Source: an uncultured cyanobacterium (lineage in GTDB: Bacteria > Cyanobacteriota > Cyanobacteriia > PCC-6307 > Cyanobiaceae). Taken from it: a stretch of 64,000 bases of DNA. The DNA is taken from the NCBI GenBank assembly GCA_963697335.1, contig CAVONQ010000014.1, positions 96,001-160,000 on the forward strand, written 5' to 3'. A program made the position numbers and the translations under genes. The notes beneath the pieces were generated by a model, which did no database searches, was not told where the DNA came from, and worked only from the letters and a program-made list of their open reading frames with translations. Position 1 is the first letter of the stretch. The number at the start of each line of letters is the position of its first letter. Shown one piece after another: positions 9,773 to 18,802 of the stretch.

Positions 9773-10804
9773 CTAGGTGAGCAGGGAGCCCTCCACAAAG
9801 GGCTCTCCCACCACCAGAGAGCGAAGGTTCGCGCCGGTGATGCGAGCGATGTCGTTGAGGGCTTCATGGGTGAGAAACGCCTGGTGGGCCGTGATCAGCA
9901 CATTGGGGAAGGTGAGCATCCGCGCCAGCAGATCATCCTGCAGGACTGTTCCGGAAAGGTCTTCAAAAAACACCCCTTCTTCCTCCTCATAGACATCCAG
10001 AGCCACCCCACCCAGACGTCCAGTTTTCAAGGCCTCGATCAGGGCCACGGTGTCGATCAGACCACCCCGACTCACATTCACAAGGATCACGCCGGGCTTC
10101 ATGCAGGCGATGGTTTCTTGGCGGATGATGTGATGGGTTTCAGGCGTGAGGGGAACATGCAGCGAGATCACATCGCTGAGACTGGACAGGGTGATCGGAT
10201 CCACATAGGTGACACCTTCCCGGGAGGCCCAGGCCGCATCGGGATAGGGGTCGTAAGCCACGACAACCATGCCGAAGCCGCGCAGGATTCTGGCCAGGAT
10301 GCGGCCGATCTTGCCCGTTCCCACAATGCCGGCCGTCCTGCCATTGAGATCAAAACCCACCAGGCCCTGCAGGGAGAAATTGTGTTCCCGCACCCGGTTG
10401 AACGAACGGTGCACCTGGCGGTTGAGGGTCAGCAGCAAGGCCACGGCATGTTCCGCCACGGCGTTAGGGGAGTACAGGGGCACGCGAGTCACGGCCATGC
10501 CGAGATCGCGGGCCGCCTCGAGATCCACGTTGTTGAAGCCGGTACAGCGCAGGGCCACCAGCTCGATGCCCCGGCTCGCCAAGGATTCAAGACAGTCCCT
10601 GTCAATCACGTCGTTGACGAACACACAGACCGCTCGCGTCCCATCGGCGGTGCCCGCCGTATCCACACTCAGGCGACAATTCAGAAAGCGCAGGTCCACA
10701 TCGGGGCCCACAGCAGCCGGTAGATGCAGCAGGTCGTAGGGCTTTGTGTCATAGACGGCCACAGAGTAAGGCGTCCTCTGCATGAAGGTTGCGGGCAGGG
10801 GCAT
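9773..10804 (-). CDS. ldhA: D-lactate dehydrogenase / D-2-hydroxyacid dehydrogenase
   Basis: VAVYDTKPYD, ALRCTGFNNVDL, YSPNAVAEH, GTGKIG, NVSRG, LDVYEEE, TAHQAFLT. Confidence 0.9.
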   Translation of the reverse strand: MPLPATFMQRTPYSVAVYDTKPYDLLHLPAAVGPDVDLRFLNCRLSVDTAGTADGTRAVCVFVNDVIDRDCLESLASRGIELVALRCTGFNNVDLEAARDLGMAVTRVPLYSPNAVAEHAVALLLTLNRQVHRSFNRVREHNFSLQGLVGFDLNGRTAGIVGTGKIGRILARILRGFGMVVVAYDPYPDAAWASREGVTYVDPITLSSLSDVISLHVPLTPETHHIIRQETIACMKPGVILVNVSRGGLIDTVALIEALKTGRLGGVALDVYEEEEGVFFEDLSGTVLQDDLLARMLTFPNVLITAHQAFLTHEALNDIARITGANLRSLVVGEPFVEGSLLT

Positions 10805-11145
10805 GGTTCTGACGGCAGCACCCTAGCCAGGCCCCGTCCGTTCACCGGCTCTGGCCACGTCCCGTCAGGGAAGCCGGAAGTGTTCCGTCCAGAAGGGCGT
10901 CACAGGAGCTCCGTGACCACGTGATGGCCGTGAGTGCCCGATTCCCTGGAACGGCAGATTGCGTTGGTGGCAGGATTGCATTGAGGGCATGATTGCGCCG
11001 GGGACAGGATCCCCCGGATCACGGAAAGGCCCCTGCCTAACATCGACCAGAGCACAGATTTCTCATCTACAGACTCCTCCTCAACAGAGGATCCACCTGG
11101 CCATGGAGGACTGCTCGGATCGCCCGCTTGCCAGAGTCGCGCGCC

Positions 11146-11453
11146 TCACCCTGGCGCCTCAGGGGCCCCATAGCCCACCCGTTCCCGGGCAAAGGCGATC
11201 AGCTCCGCCAGCTCCACCGCAGGGTGGTCAGCCAGGGCCTCCTCCCCATCCTGGGGGCAGATGCTGGAGCCGTCGTGCACGGCAATCTGCTTGCGCCGGC
11301 CCCAGAACCAGAGGTTGCCGCCGCCATTCAACCGCATCTCATCGCCGCTGATGCAGCCCGCCAGCACCTGCTCTCCCGGCTGCAGCGCCCGGGCCTGCGC
11401 CAGCGACGCCAGCAGGGGGCCTCAACTGGCAGCTCGGGGCCGTGGCAGGACAT
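11146..11453 (-). pseudogene. hypothetical protein, apparently frameshifted at a 5-nt homopolymer
   Basis: ATG at 11453 (MSCHGPELPVEAP) joins the 11146..11367 frame (LLASLAQ..GDEMRLNGGGNLWFWG..) if one base is added to the G run at 11415-11419. Confidence 0.4.
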
Positions 11454-11554
11454 GGACTAGGCCCGGCAGGGGAATTGCATGGCTGGCACTCGGTCGGCCC
11501 TCAGGGAGTTTCTAGGCTGGCCTTCAACTGAGCCTCTCCAGAGAGTTCCTGCCG

Positions 11555-11728
11555 ATGCCTCTGCTGCCGCGCTGGCGCTACATGACCGATGAGGCCAAGG
11601 CCCTCACCAGGAGAACGGCGGTGTCGGCCCTGGTGGTGCTGGCGGTGCTGCTGGTGTTCAGGGCCCTGCTGCCCTGGGTGCTCGTGGCCGTGGCCGCCTG
11701 GTGGCTCTGGAAGGCGCTCAGCCGATAG
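11555..11728 (+). CDS. 57-aa membrane protein (below ORF-track cutoff)
   Basis: MPLLPRWRYMTDEAKALTRRTAVSALVVLAVLLVFRALLPWVLVAVAAWWLWKALSR; GC3-rich codon usage. Confidence 0.7.
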   Translation: MPLLPRWRYMTDEAKALTRRTAVSALVVLAVLLVFRALLPWVLVAVAAWWLWKALSR

Positions 11729-12147
11729 GGCCGCGCTCAACGGGCGGCAGTCGCCTGGCAGCTGGAATCAATGTGGCAGGTTCATGGCCTGATCTGATGC
11801 AATCGAGGGAGTTGTCCCTCTTCTCCAAGTGGCCTCACTTGAGCGCCGAGAAACTGAACGCTGGCCGGAAGGACTTTGTCAATCGAGTTGAGACGCTCGG
11901 GTTCACTTCTGAGCGGTGTTGTACAGATCTTGGCAATACGGCCGCAGAAGTAGTGAAGGGAAAACGCAGCAATCGCTCCTACGCGGTGGTCGCCATTGGC
12001 ACTGGGCCTTGCCAAACCTTGCCCTGCGACTTGGTCTTGTTGATTCCCACGCCTCTGCACTCCTGAGCCGTCACCTCCCTTCAGACTGCTCCCCAAGACC
12101 CGCTCAACCCTCCCGTTGGCCTGGTGATTCAGCGCGACACCACAGCC

Positions 12148-13665
12148 ATGACCAGCCCATCCCTGCCGCCGATCGCGGGCCGAGAAGCCGAGATCCTCGC
12201 CCTGGTGCAGCAGCGCCGCCCCGCTGTTCGATCCCCCCAGGGGCGAAGCCTGGAGCAGGTCCGCTCCGGTTTTGCCTGTGCCCTGCACATGCATCAGCCC
12301 ACGATTCCGGCCGGGGCCGATGGCGCTCTCGTCTCCCATCTCCAGTACATGCTGGAGCATCCCGGAGAGGGAGACAACCACAACGCAGAACCGTTTGCCC
12401 AGTGCTACAGGCGCCTGGCTGAGATCATCCCCCAGCTGATTCAAGAAGGCTGCGATCCCCGGATCATGCTGGATTACTCCGGCAACCTGCTCTGGGGCTT
12501 TGAGCAGATGGGCCGCCACGACATCCTCGAGGCACTGGAACGCCTCAGCTGTGATCCCAGCTTGCAGCCCCACGTGGAATGGCTCGGCACCTTCTGGAGC
12601 CATGCCGTTGCCCCGTCCACGCCCATTCCCGACCTCAAGCTGCAGATTCTGGCCTGGCAGCAGCATTTTGAGGCCCTGTTTGGCCCTGAGGCCCTGCAGC
12701 GGGTGAAGGGGTTCTCGCTGCCGGAGATGCACCTGCCCAACCATCCCGACAGCCTCTATGAACTGGTGAAGGCCCTGCGGGAGTGCGGCTACACGTGGCT
12801 GCTGGTTCAGGAGCACAGCGTGGAAAACATGGACGGCTCCAGCCTCAGCCATGGCCAGAAGTACGGCCCCAATCAGCTGGTGGCATGCAACTCCTCTGGC
12901 GCTGCGATGTCCGTCACGGTTCTGATCAAGACCCAGGGCTCCGATACCAAGCTGGTGGGGCAGATGCAGCCCTGTGATGAAGCCCTTGGGCTGGAGCCCC
13001 TCCGCCTGGCGGGAACCACGATTCCCGCCCTGGTGTCCCAGATAGCCGATGGGGAAAATGGTGGCGTGATGATGAATGAGTTCCCCTCCGCCTTCATCCA
13101 GGCCCATCACAGGATTGCCGCCCAGGGCAAGGAATCGGACCCAGGCCCGGCCACCGTGGCGATCAACGGCAGTGAATACCTGGAGCTTCTGGCAGCGGCC
13201 GGGGTCAGCTCAGCGGACTACCCCAGAATCCAGGCGGTCCAGCACCACAAGCTGTGGCGGGCCGTGGAGAAGCGCACCGCGGGGGGACCCCCAACCCCCG
13301 AGGCCACGCAAGCCGCCATCGCTGAACTCCAGGCCAGCGATCCCCAGTTCTCGATGGCGGGGGCCTCCTGGACCAACGACCTCAGCTGGGTGGAGGGCTA
13401 CGCCAACGTGCTGGAGCCGATGCAGCGCCTCAGCGCCCGCTTCCACCAGGTGTTTGATCCCCTGGTGGAGAACGATCCCTCAATCACCACCACAGCGCCC
13501 TACCAGAACGCCCTGCTGCATCTGCTGCTGCTGGAAACCAGCTGCTTCCGCTACTGGGGCCAGGGAACCTGGACGGACTACGCCCGCGAGATCCACCGGC
13601 GCGGCGAAGCGGCGATCGATGCCGCCGCCGCCCCTGGCGTCGTCCAACAACAGGCAGCGGATTAG
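12148..13665 (+). CDS. glycoside hydrolase family 57 protein
   Basis: ACALHMHQP, MLDYSGNLLWG, GFSLPEMHLPNHPD, QIADGENGGVMMNEF, ETSCFRYWGQG. Confidence 0.85.
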   Translation: MTSPSLPPIAGREAEILALVQQRRPAVRSPQGRSLEQVRSGFACALHMHQPTIPAGADGALVSHLQYMLEHPGEGDNHNAEPFAQCYRRLAEIIPQLIQEGCDPRIMLDYSGNLLWGFEQMGRHDILEALERLSCDPSLQPHVEWLGTFWSHAVAPSTPIPDLKLQILAWQQHFEALFGPEALQRVKGFSLPEMHLPNHPDSLYELVKALRECGYTWLLVQEHSVENMDGSSLSHGQKYGPNQLVACNSSGAAMSVTVLIKTQGSDTKLVGQMQPCDEALGLEPLRLAGTTIPALVSQIADGENGGVMMNEFPSAFIQAHHRIAAQGKESDPGPATVAINGSEYLELLAAAGVSSADYPRIQAVQHHKLWRAVEKRTAGGPPTPEATQAAIAELQASDPQFSMAGASWTNDLSWVEGYANVLEPMQRLSARFHQVFDPLVENDPSITTTAPYQNALLHLLLLETSCFRYWGQGTWTDYAREIHRRGEAAIDAAAAPGVVQQQAAD

Positions 13666-13847
13666 GAGGAAGGGGCTAGGGGCGGCCGGGGGCTGCCGCC
13701 GCCGCCCGGTGCCGGCGCAGCCCCTTTGCTGCTCTCCTGCTTGTCCTTGCAGGTGGAGCACAGCAGCCGCCCTTTCTGCTCCCGATAGAGCCGCACCGAC
13801 CGCTCGATCTGAACGCCGCAGCCCGCACAGGAGAACAGGGGACTCAT
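13662..13847 (-). CDS. small zinc-ribbon protein (CxxC...CxxC)
   Basis: FSCAGCG..RLLCSTCK, 61 aa. Confidence 0.55.
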   Translation of the reverse strand: MSPLFSCAGCGVQIERSVRLYREQKGRLLCSTCKDKQESSKGAAPAPGGGGSPRPPLAPSS

Positions 13848-14182
13848 CGGCGGCTCCAGGGTGGTCCTGGCTACCGGAGCCGGGGTCCACCTGCAGTGTC
13901 GTGCATCACCGAAGGGGTGGAGAGCGGGCGAGGCTGCCCTGAAACAAGTCTCCCAACCACCATCTGAACAACTTCACTGGGAGCAACGTTGCACGATGGA
14001 GATCTCCCGGAGGCCTTTAAAGGCCAAGGTAAAGAGTTGTTCCCGATGTTCCCTGTCTTGCCCCCGCAGTTCTCCTGTGGGCATCAGTCTATCGCCGTGG
14101 CCAAGGCGCCTTACGTCGGTTGACGGAATCCTGCTGCCAGGCCTAGATGCAGGACGTCGTGCAACCTTGGCGGGATAACTTC

Positions 14183-15409
14183 ATGACTACGTCGCAACAC
14201 TTTATTCTCCTCAGAGATCTCAATCAGGGCCGTCGTTTCACCGGGCTCTCAAGCCCTTCCCTTCCCTACCCCGGCGTGCGCAGTTTTGGCCTCGAACCGG
14301 CCGCCGACCTGCCTCCGGAGCCGGCGATCAGCCTGGAGACCCTCAGCCCTGCGGACCTGCGCGACGCAGCCCGTGACCCCGACGTGCTCGGTGTGGCCCG
14401 TTCCATGCCCACCCGCCTGATCGCCCCCACGGCATCGGACGCCCCCGGCACTGCGGGCGCGCCCACGGCGGTGGCCACGGGCCCCACCTGGGGCGTGCGG
14501 GCCGTGGGGGCTGACCGCAGCAGCTTCGATGGCTCAGGGGTGACCGTGGCCATCCTCGATACGGGCATCGACCGAAACCACCCCGCCTTTGCGGGAATGA
14601 CGCTCACCGAACTGGATTTCAGTGGCGACGGCGATGGCGATGTCAACGGCCACGGCACCCACTGCGCCGGCACCGTGTTCGGCCGCGATGTGGACGGCCA
14701 GCGCATCGGTGTGGCCCGGGGCGTGAACACGGCACTGATCGGCAAGGTGCTGGGGGATCAGGGCGGCGGCGGTTCCGAGATGCTGTTCAACGGCATGGAG
14801 TGGGCCATCCGCAACAACGCCCAGGTGCTGTCGATGTCGCTCGGCTTTGATTTCCCCGGCCTGGCGGCCAACCTGATCAGCCAGGGCTGGCCCGAGGCCC
14901 TGGCCACCAGCGCAGCCCTCGAGGGCTATCGCATGAATCTGCGCATGTTCGATCGCCTGCTGGCCATGCTGGAGGCCCGCGCCGCCTTCAACGGCGGCAC
15001 CGTGGTGGTGGCGGCCAGCGGCAACGAGTCCAGGCGGCCGGAGTTCGAGCTCTCGGCGTCCGTGCCGGCCGCGGCCCTGGGGGTGCTGTCGGTGGGGGCC
15101 CTCGGGGAGGGGCCGGCCGGCTTCACCGTGGCGTCGTTCTCCAACACCAACCCGGTGCTGGCCGCTCCTGGCGTGAATGTGGTGTCCGCCGCCACGGGCG
15201 GTGGGCTCAGGGCCCTCAACGGCACGAGCATGGCGGCGCCCCACGTGGCCGGCGTGGCGGCCCTGTGGTGGCAAGCGATCCGGGAGCGCGGCGTGCCGGT
15301 GAACGCCGGCGCGGTGCAGGCCCGCCTGCGGGCCATGGCCAGCCTCGATGGACTCGCTCCGGATCAGGATGTGCTCGACCGCGGCGACGGCATGGTGCAG
15401 GCCCCGTAG
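14183..15409 (+). CDS. S8 (subtilisin-like) serine peptidase
   Basis: catalytic motifs VAILDTG, NGHGTHCAG, AASGN, NGTSMAAPHVAG. Confidence 0.92.
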   Translation: MTTSQHFILLRDLNQGRRFTGLSSPSLPYPGVRSFGLEPAADLPPEPAISLETLSPADLRDAARDPDVLGVARSMPTRLIAPTASDAPGTAGAPTAVATGPTWGVRAVGADRSSFDGSGVTVAILDTGIDRNHPAFAGMTLTELDFSGDGDGDVNGHGTHCAGTVFGRDVDGQRIGVARGVNTALIGKVLGDQGGGGSEMLFNGMEWAIRNNAQVLSMSLGFDFPGLAANLISQGWPEALATSAALEGYRMNLRMFDRLLAMLEARAAFNGGTVVVAASGNESRRPEFELSASVPAAALGVLSVGALGEGPAGFTVASFSNTNPVLAAPGVNVVSAATGGGLRALNGTSMAAPHVAGVAALWWQAIRERGVPVNAGAVQARLRAMASLDGLAPDQDVLDRGDGMVQAP

Positions 15410-15412
15410 GGA

Positions 15413-16078
15413 TCACCAGGGCAGCAGGCTGCCGTTGGCGTGCCAGAAGCTGCCCGAGTTCTCCAGGGTGAGCGCGTCGATGCGCTGCAGCAGGCCATGC
15501 ACTGCCTCCTCGGCGCTGATCCCCTGGCTGGTGAAGCCCGTCATGCGGGTGCTCACCAGGCCCGGGTGCAGGATCGCCACGGCGATGCCACGGGGCCGCA
15601 GGTCGTGGGCCAGCGACTTGCCGGCCATGCCCAGGGCCACCTTCGACATCCGGTAGCCGTAGGAGCCGCCGGAACTGTTGTCGGCGATCGAGCCCATGCG
15701 GCTGCTCATCAGCGCCAGCTTCGAACCCCGGTGCAGCTGGCTGAGCAGGGCATGGGTGAGCCGCAGCGGCGCCACGGCATTGAGCTCGAACTGGCGCCGC
15801 AGGCTGGCGGGATCGAAGCGCTCCAGGCTGGTCCTCTCCAGCACGCCGGCGTTGAGGATCACCACATCGAGGGGCAGGCCCTCAAGCCGCCGCACCAGAT
15901 CCTCCACCGCGTCTTCCGCCGTGAGCTCCACCCCCGCCTCAATGCGCACGCCCAGCTGCTCCAGCTCCGGCGAGGCCGTGCGGCACACCGCGATCACGCT
16001 GTCGCCGCGGGCCTGCAGCTGGCGGCAATAGGCCATGCCGATGCCGCGGTTGGCGCCGGTGATCAGACAGGTGGCCAT
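15413..16078 (-). CDS. SDR-family oxidoreductase (CsgA-like)
   Basis: LITGANRGIG, ILNAG, SSRMGSIADN, YGYRMSK, LHPGLVSTRM. Confidence 0.9.
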   Translation of the reverse strand: MATCLITGANRGIGMAYCRQLQARGDSVIAVCRTASPELEQLGVRIEAGVELTAEDAVEDLVRRLEGLPLDVVILNAGVLERTSLERFDPASLRRQFELNAVAPLRLTHALLSQLHRGSKLALMSSRMGSIADNSSGGSYGYRMSKVALGMAGKSLAHDLRPRGIAVAILHPGLVSTRMTGFTSQGISAEEAVHGLLQRIDALTLENSGSFWHANGSLLPW

Positions 16079-16218
16079 GGCGGAACCCCGGCGACGGGTG
16101 AAGGCGGACTGCCGCACCCTCTCACCTCCCCGCGCTTCCGCAAAGCCCTCCCCGCTCCCCTTGGGCAGCTGCCGGAGCTTCAATGGTGGCCCACGCCTGT
16201 CGGAGCCCCCTCGCAGCG

Positions 16219-17058
16219 ATGGCCGAACACCTGGTGGGCCACGTGGAGGCGCTGTGGCGCTACCCGCTCAAATCGATGCAGGGCGAGCGGCCGCCGCGGG
16301 TGGACGTGACCGCCGGCGGCATCTGCGGTGACCGGGCCTATGCCCTCTGGGACCACGCCACCCAGCGGGTGGCCAGTGCCAAGAACCCCCTGATCTGGCA
16401 GGCCCTGCTGGGCTATCGCGCCCGCTACGGCTCACCACCGCAGCCGGGTGAGCCCCTGCCGGCCCTGGCGATTGCCCCGGAACAGCCAAGCGGTGGCACC
16501 TCAGCGGCCCCTCCTCTGCTGAGCAGCGATCCCGTCATCGATGCCGCCCTGTCCCAGCTGCTGGGCCGGGAGGTGAGCCTGCTGCACCAGGCCCCGGCGG
16601 GGGCCAGCCTCGACCAGTACTGGCCCGATGTGCCGGAGCGGGATTTTCAGAACGTGGTGAACGAGCTGCCGCTGCCGGAGGGCACGTTCTTTGATGCCTG
16701 CCCCATCCATGCCCTCACCACCGCCACCCTGGAGCGGCTGCGGCAACTGGAACCCCAGCTCGATTTCGCCGTGGAGCGCTTTCGCCCCAACCTGCTGATC
16801 CGCCCCTGCGGACCGGGCGAGGGGTTCGTGGAGCAGGAGTGGATCGGCAGCGATCTGCGCCTGGGCCGCGAGGCCCTGCTGCGGGTGGATGGCGGCTGCC
16901 CCCGCTGCGTGGTCACCACCCTGGCCCAGGGCGATCTGCCCCAGGAGATCGAGATCCTGCGGGCCACGGCTCGCCACAACAAGGTGGTGGCCGGCATCCG
17001 CCTTTCGGTGCTGGAGCCGGGGGCCGTGGCGGTGGGGGATCCGGTGCTGCTCAGCTGA
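16219..17058 (+). CDS. MOSC-domain protein
   Basis: LWRYPLKSMQGE, GDRAYA, RFRPNLLI, CPRCVVTT, VAVGDPV. Confidence 0.9.
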   Translation: MAEHLVGHVEALWRYPLKSMQGERPPRVDVTAGGICGDRAYALWDHATQRVASAKNPLIWQALLGYRARYGSPPQPGEPLPALAIAPEQPSGGTSAAPPLLSSDPVIDAALSQLLGREVSLLHQAPAGASLDQYWPDVPERDFQNVVNELPLPEGTFFDACPIHALTTATLERLRQLEPQLDFAVERFRPNLLIRPCGPGEGFVEQEWIGSDLRLGREALLRVDGGCPRCVVTTLAQGDLPQEIEILRATARHNKVVAGIRLSVLEPGAVAVGDPVLLS

Positions 17059-17085
17059 GCCCTACGTGGGGCATCAACGGCAACC

Positions 17086-17596
17086 TCAGCGAAAGCCCAC
17101 CGGCGCCGGCGCCGCCTTGGCCTGGGGGGGCACGGCCACCACATTGAAGGCGAGCGAGAGGCGATCCCCCTCACCCCGGAAGGGGGCGACGGAGTGCGGT
17201 TGCCAGGCGGGAAACACGTAGAAATCGCCGGGCACCGGCACCACGTAGTGGGCCATGCCGGTGCGGAAGCTCTGGATGTGCCAGTCCTCCGGGCCGTAGA
17301 AGCAGAGCTGGCCATCGAAGCGCTCTGCCGTGATCTGGGGGGGCACCTCCAGAAACACGACGCCTGAGAAGGTGCCGCCGTGGGTGTGGGTGGGGTTGTA
17401 GTCCCCCGCCCGCTGCACGTTCAGCCACACATCCACCAGCAGCACTTGGGCACAGAGCTCCACCACCGGGGGATACTGGGGCCCCAGCTCCCGCTGCAGG
17501 GGCCAGCTGCTGCAGGCCTGAGAGCAAGGGGCCGGGCAGCTCACCCTTCAGCAGGTGGCGGGGGAAGAGGCTCAACCCCTCCATGCGGGGGTCCAT
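17086..17596 (-). pseudogene. 2OG-Fe(II) oxygenase (TIGR02466-like), frameshifted
   Basis: N-terminus MDPRMEGLSLFPRHLL in one frame; WLNVQRAGDYNPTHTH..SGV..FPAWQPHSV.PF....RLSLAFN in another; switch near 17500. Confidence 0.7.
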
Positions 17597-17641
17597 GGCG
17601 CTGCAGAGCTTCCGGCAGAACTCTTGCAGAGTCCCTGTCTT

Positions 17642-18802
17642 TCAAGCCAACACCTCATCTGGGCACTCTGCCTCATGCCGCAGATCCAGAGAGAACAAGG
17701 CAGGCAGGGGGTCGTGCTGGAACTTCCGCCTCAGGGCGGCAGGAATTAGCCGTGCGAAAGGGATCCGGGGCAGGGGCAGTTCCTGCATCGGTTCGGAAGA
17801 ACCGTAGAGGTGGAGGTACTCGTCATAGTTGTCCCAGTCCTCCCGGGTGAAGCCGATACCGCGGAAGTTGGCGAAATAGGTTTCCACTGGCAGTCCATTG
17901 GCCCAGATCAGCCCGTGGGCTTCTAGCTCCACGTTGTAGTAGGTGTAGTACTCGTCCGCCTGGGCAGGATCCAGTTGTCTGATTGAGTAGTTGTTCAGCA
18001 GGGCACCGGCCTCCACGAGGTGACCATCGAGATCGATGGCATGGCTGGGGCTCATGAAGGTGTCGCGGCAGGGACCTAACTCACCGAGGGCTCCAGCGCT
18101 CAAGCGCACGGGCAGCTTGCCCATGGCCACAAGGGCGTTGCGATGGCGTCGGGTGCGGCAGACAAACTTCACAGGCTGGGGCCCTTCGGCGGTACTGATG
18201 AGATCACCGGGCTGCAGGGTTTCAATCTTCTGCTCTCCTTTTGGCGTAGCAATCAGGGTGCCAGGCAGGAAACAGACCACCCACAACACATCGGTAAAAT
18301 AGTTGTTCGCATTGAATGATTGCTGCGGGAAGGCACCAACCGCCTCTGCAAAAAGGCCATTACCGATACCCCCACCACTAAGCCCCAAGGGCTGGCCACT
18401 CGCAGGGGCAGACAAGAAACCACCCGGAGCGCTGTAGTCAGAATCGAAAAAAGAGCCCGTAAATGCATATGCATCATCAACACCATCATCGTCATAGCCA
18501 TAAGAAACGATATAAAGCTCGCCACCCGTGATCTGAATGGGGATGGGCAACGAGCCAACTTGCCAGCCGACATCGCCCACGCCGGAGCTGATCGTCAGCG
18601 ACACCAAAGGAGCACCACTGATGTTCCAAAGCGTCAACGTGCGCTCGTCCACATCCCCTGAATCTTCCAGGATGCGGTAATAGCGCAGACCTGTAATCAG
18701 CCCATCTTCGCTGGATCTGAATTTTGTAGCTAGCTCGTAGTCATTGGGGTCACTGCCTACACCCTGTGGCGTGAGACCAGTAAACAGGCTGAACGAAGTC
18801 AT
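17642..18802 (-). CDS. DUF4082-like domain fused to Hint_2 (bacterial intein-like) domain
   Basis: YELATKF..DGLITGLRYY..GWQ..YIVSY..NNYFTDV, then VCFLPGTLIATPKG..IETL.PGD..SPSH..YYNVELEAH..ANGLPVETY; start may be 18802 or 18901. Confidence 0.8.
   Translation of the reverse strand: MTSFSLFTGLTPQGVGSDPNDYELATKFRSSEDGLITGLRYYRILEDSGDVDERTLTLWNISGAPLVSLTISSGVGDVGWQVGSLPIPIQITGGELYIVSYGYDDDGVDDAYAFTGSFFDSDYSAPGGFLSAPASGQPLGLSGGGIGNGLFAEAVGAFPQQSFNANNYFTDVLWVVCFLPGTLIATPKGEQKIETLQPGDLISTAEGPQPVKFVCRTRRHRNALVAMGKLPVRLSAGALGELGPCRDTFMSPSHAIDLDGHLVEAGALLNNYSIRQLDPAQADEYYTYYNVELEAHGLIWANGLPVETYFANFRGIGFTREDWDNYDEYLHLYGSSEPMQELPLPRIPFARLIPAALRRKFQHDPLPALFSLDLRHEAECPDEVLA

Noticed and set aside
10864..10990. 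41-codon minus-strand ORF upstream of ldhA (..TPFWTEHFRLP)
   Set aside because: No motif or coding bias to support it
13662..17596. RiPP cluster (S8 protease, oxygenase, small ORF)
   Set aside because: Mixed orientations, no precursor-like peptide, modifying enzyme or transporter
17642..18274. Mobile intein or polymorphic toxin
   Set aside because: No homing endonuclease, no terminal HN-C/S/T splice motif, and no toxin domain or immunity gene
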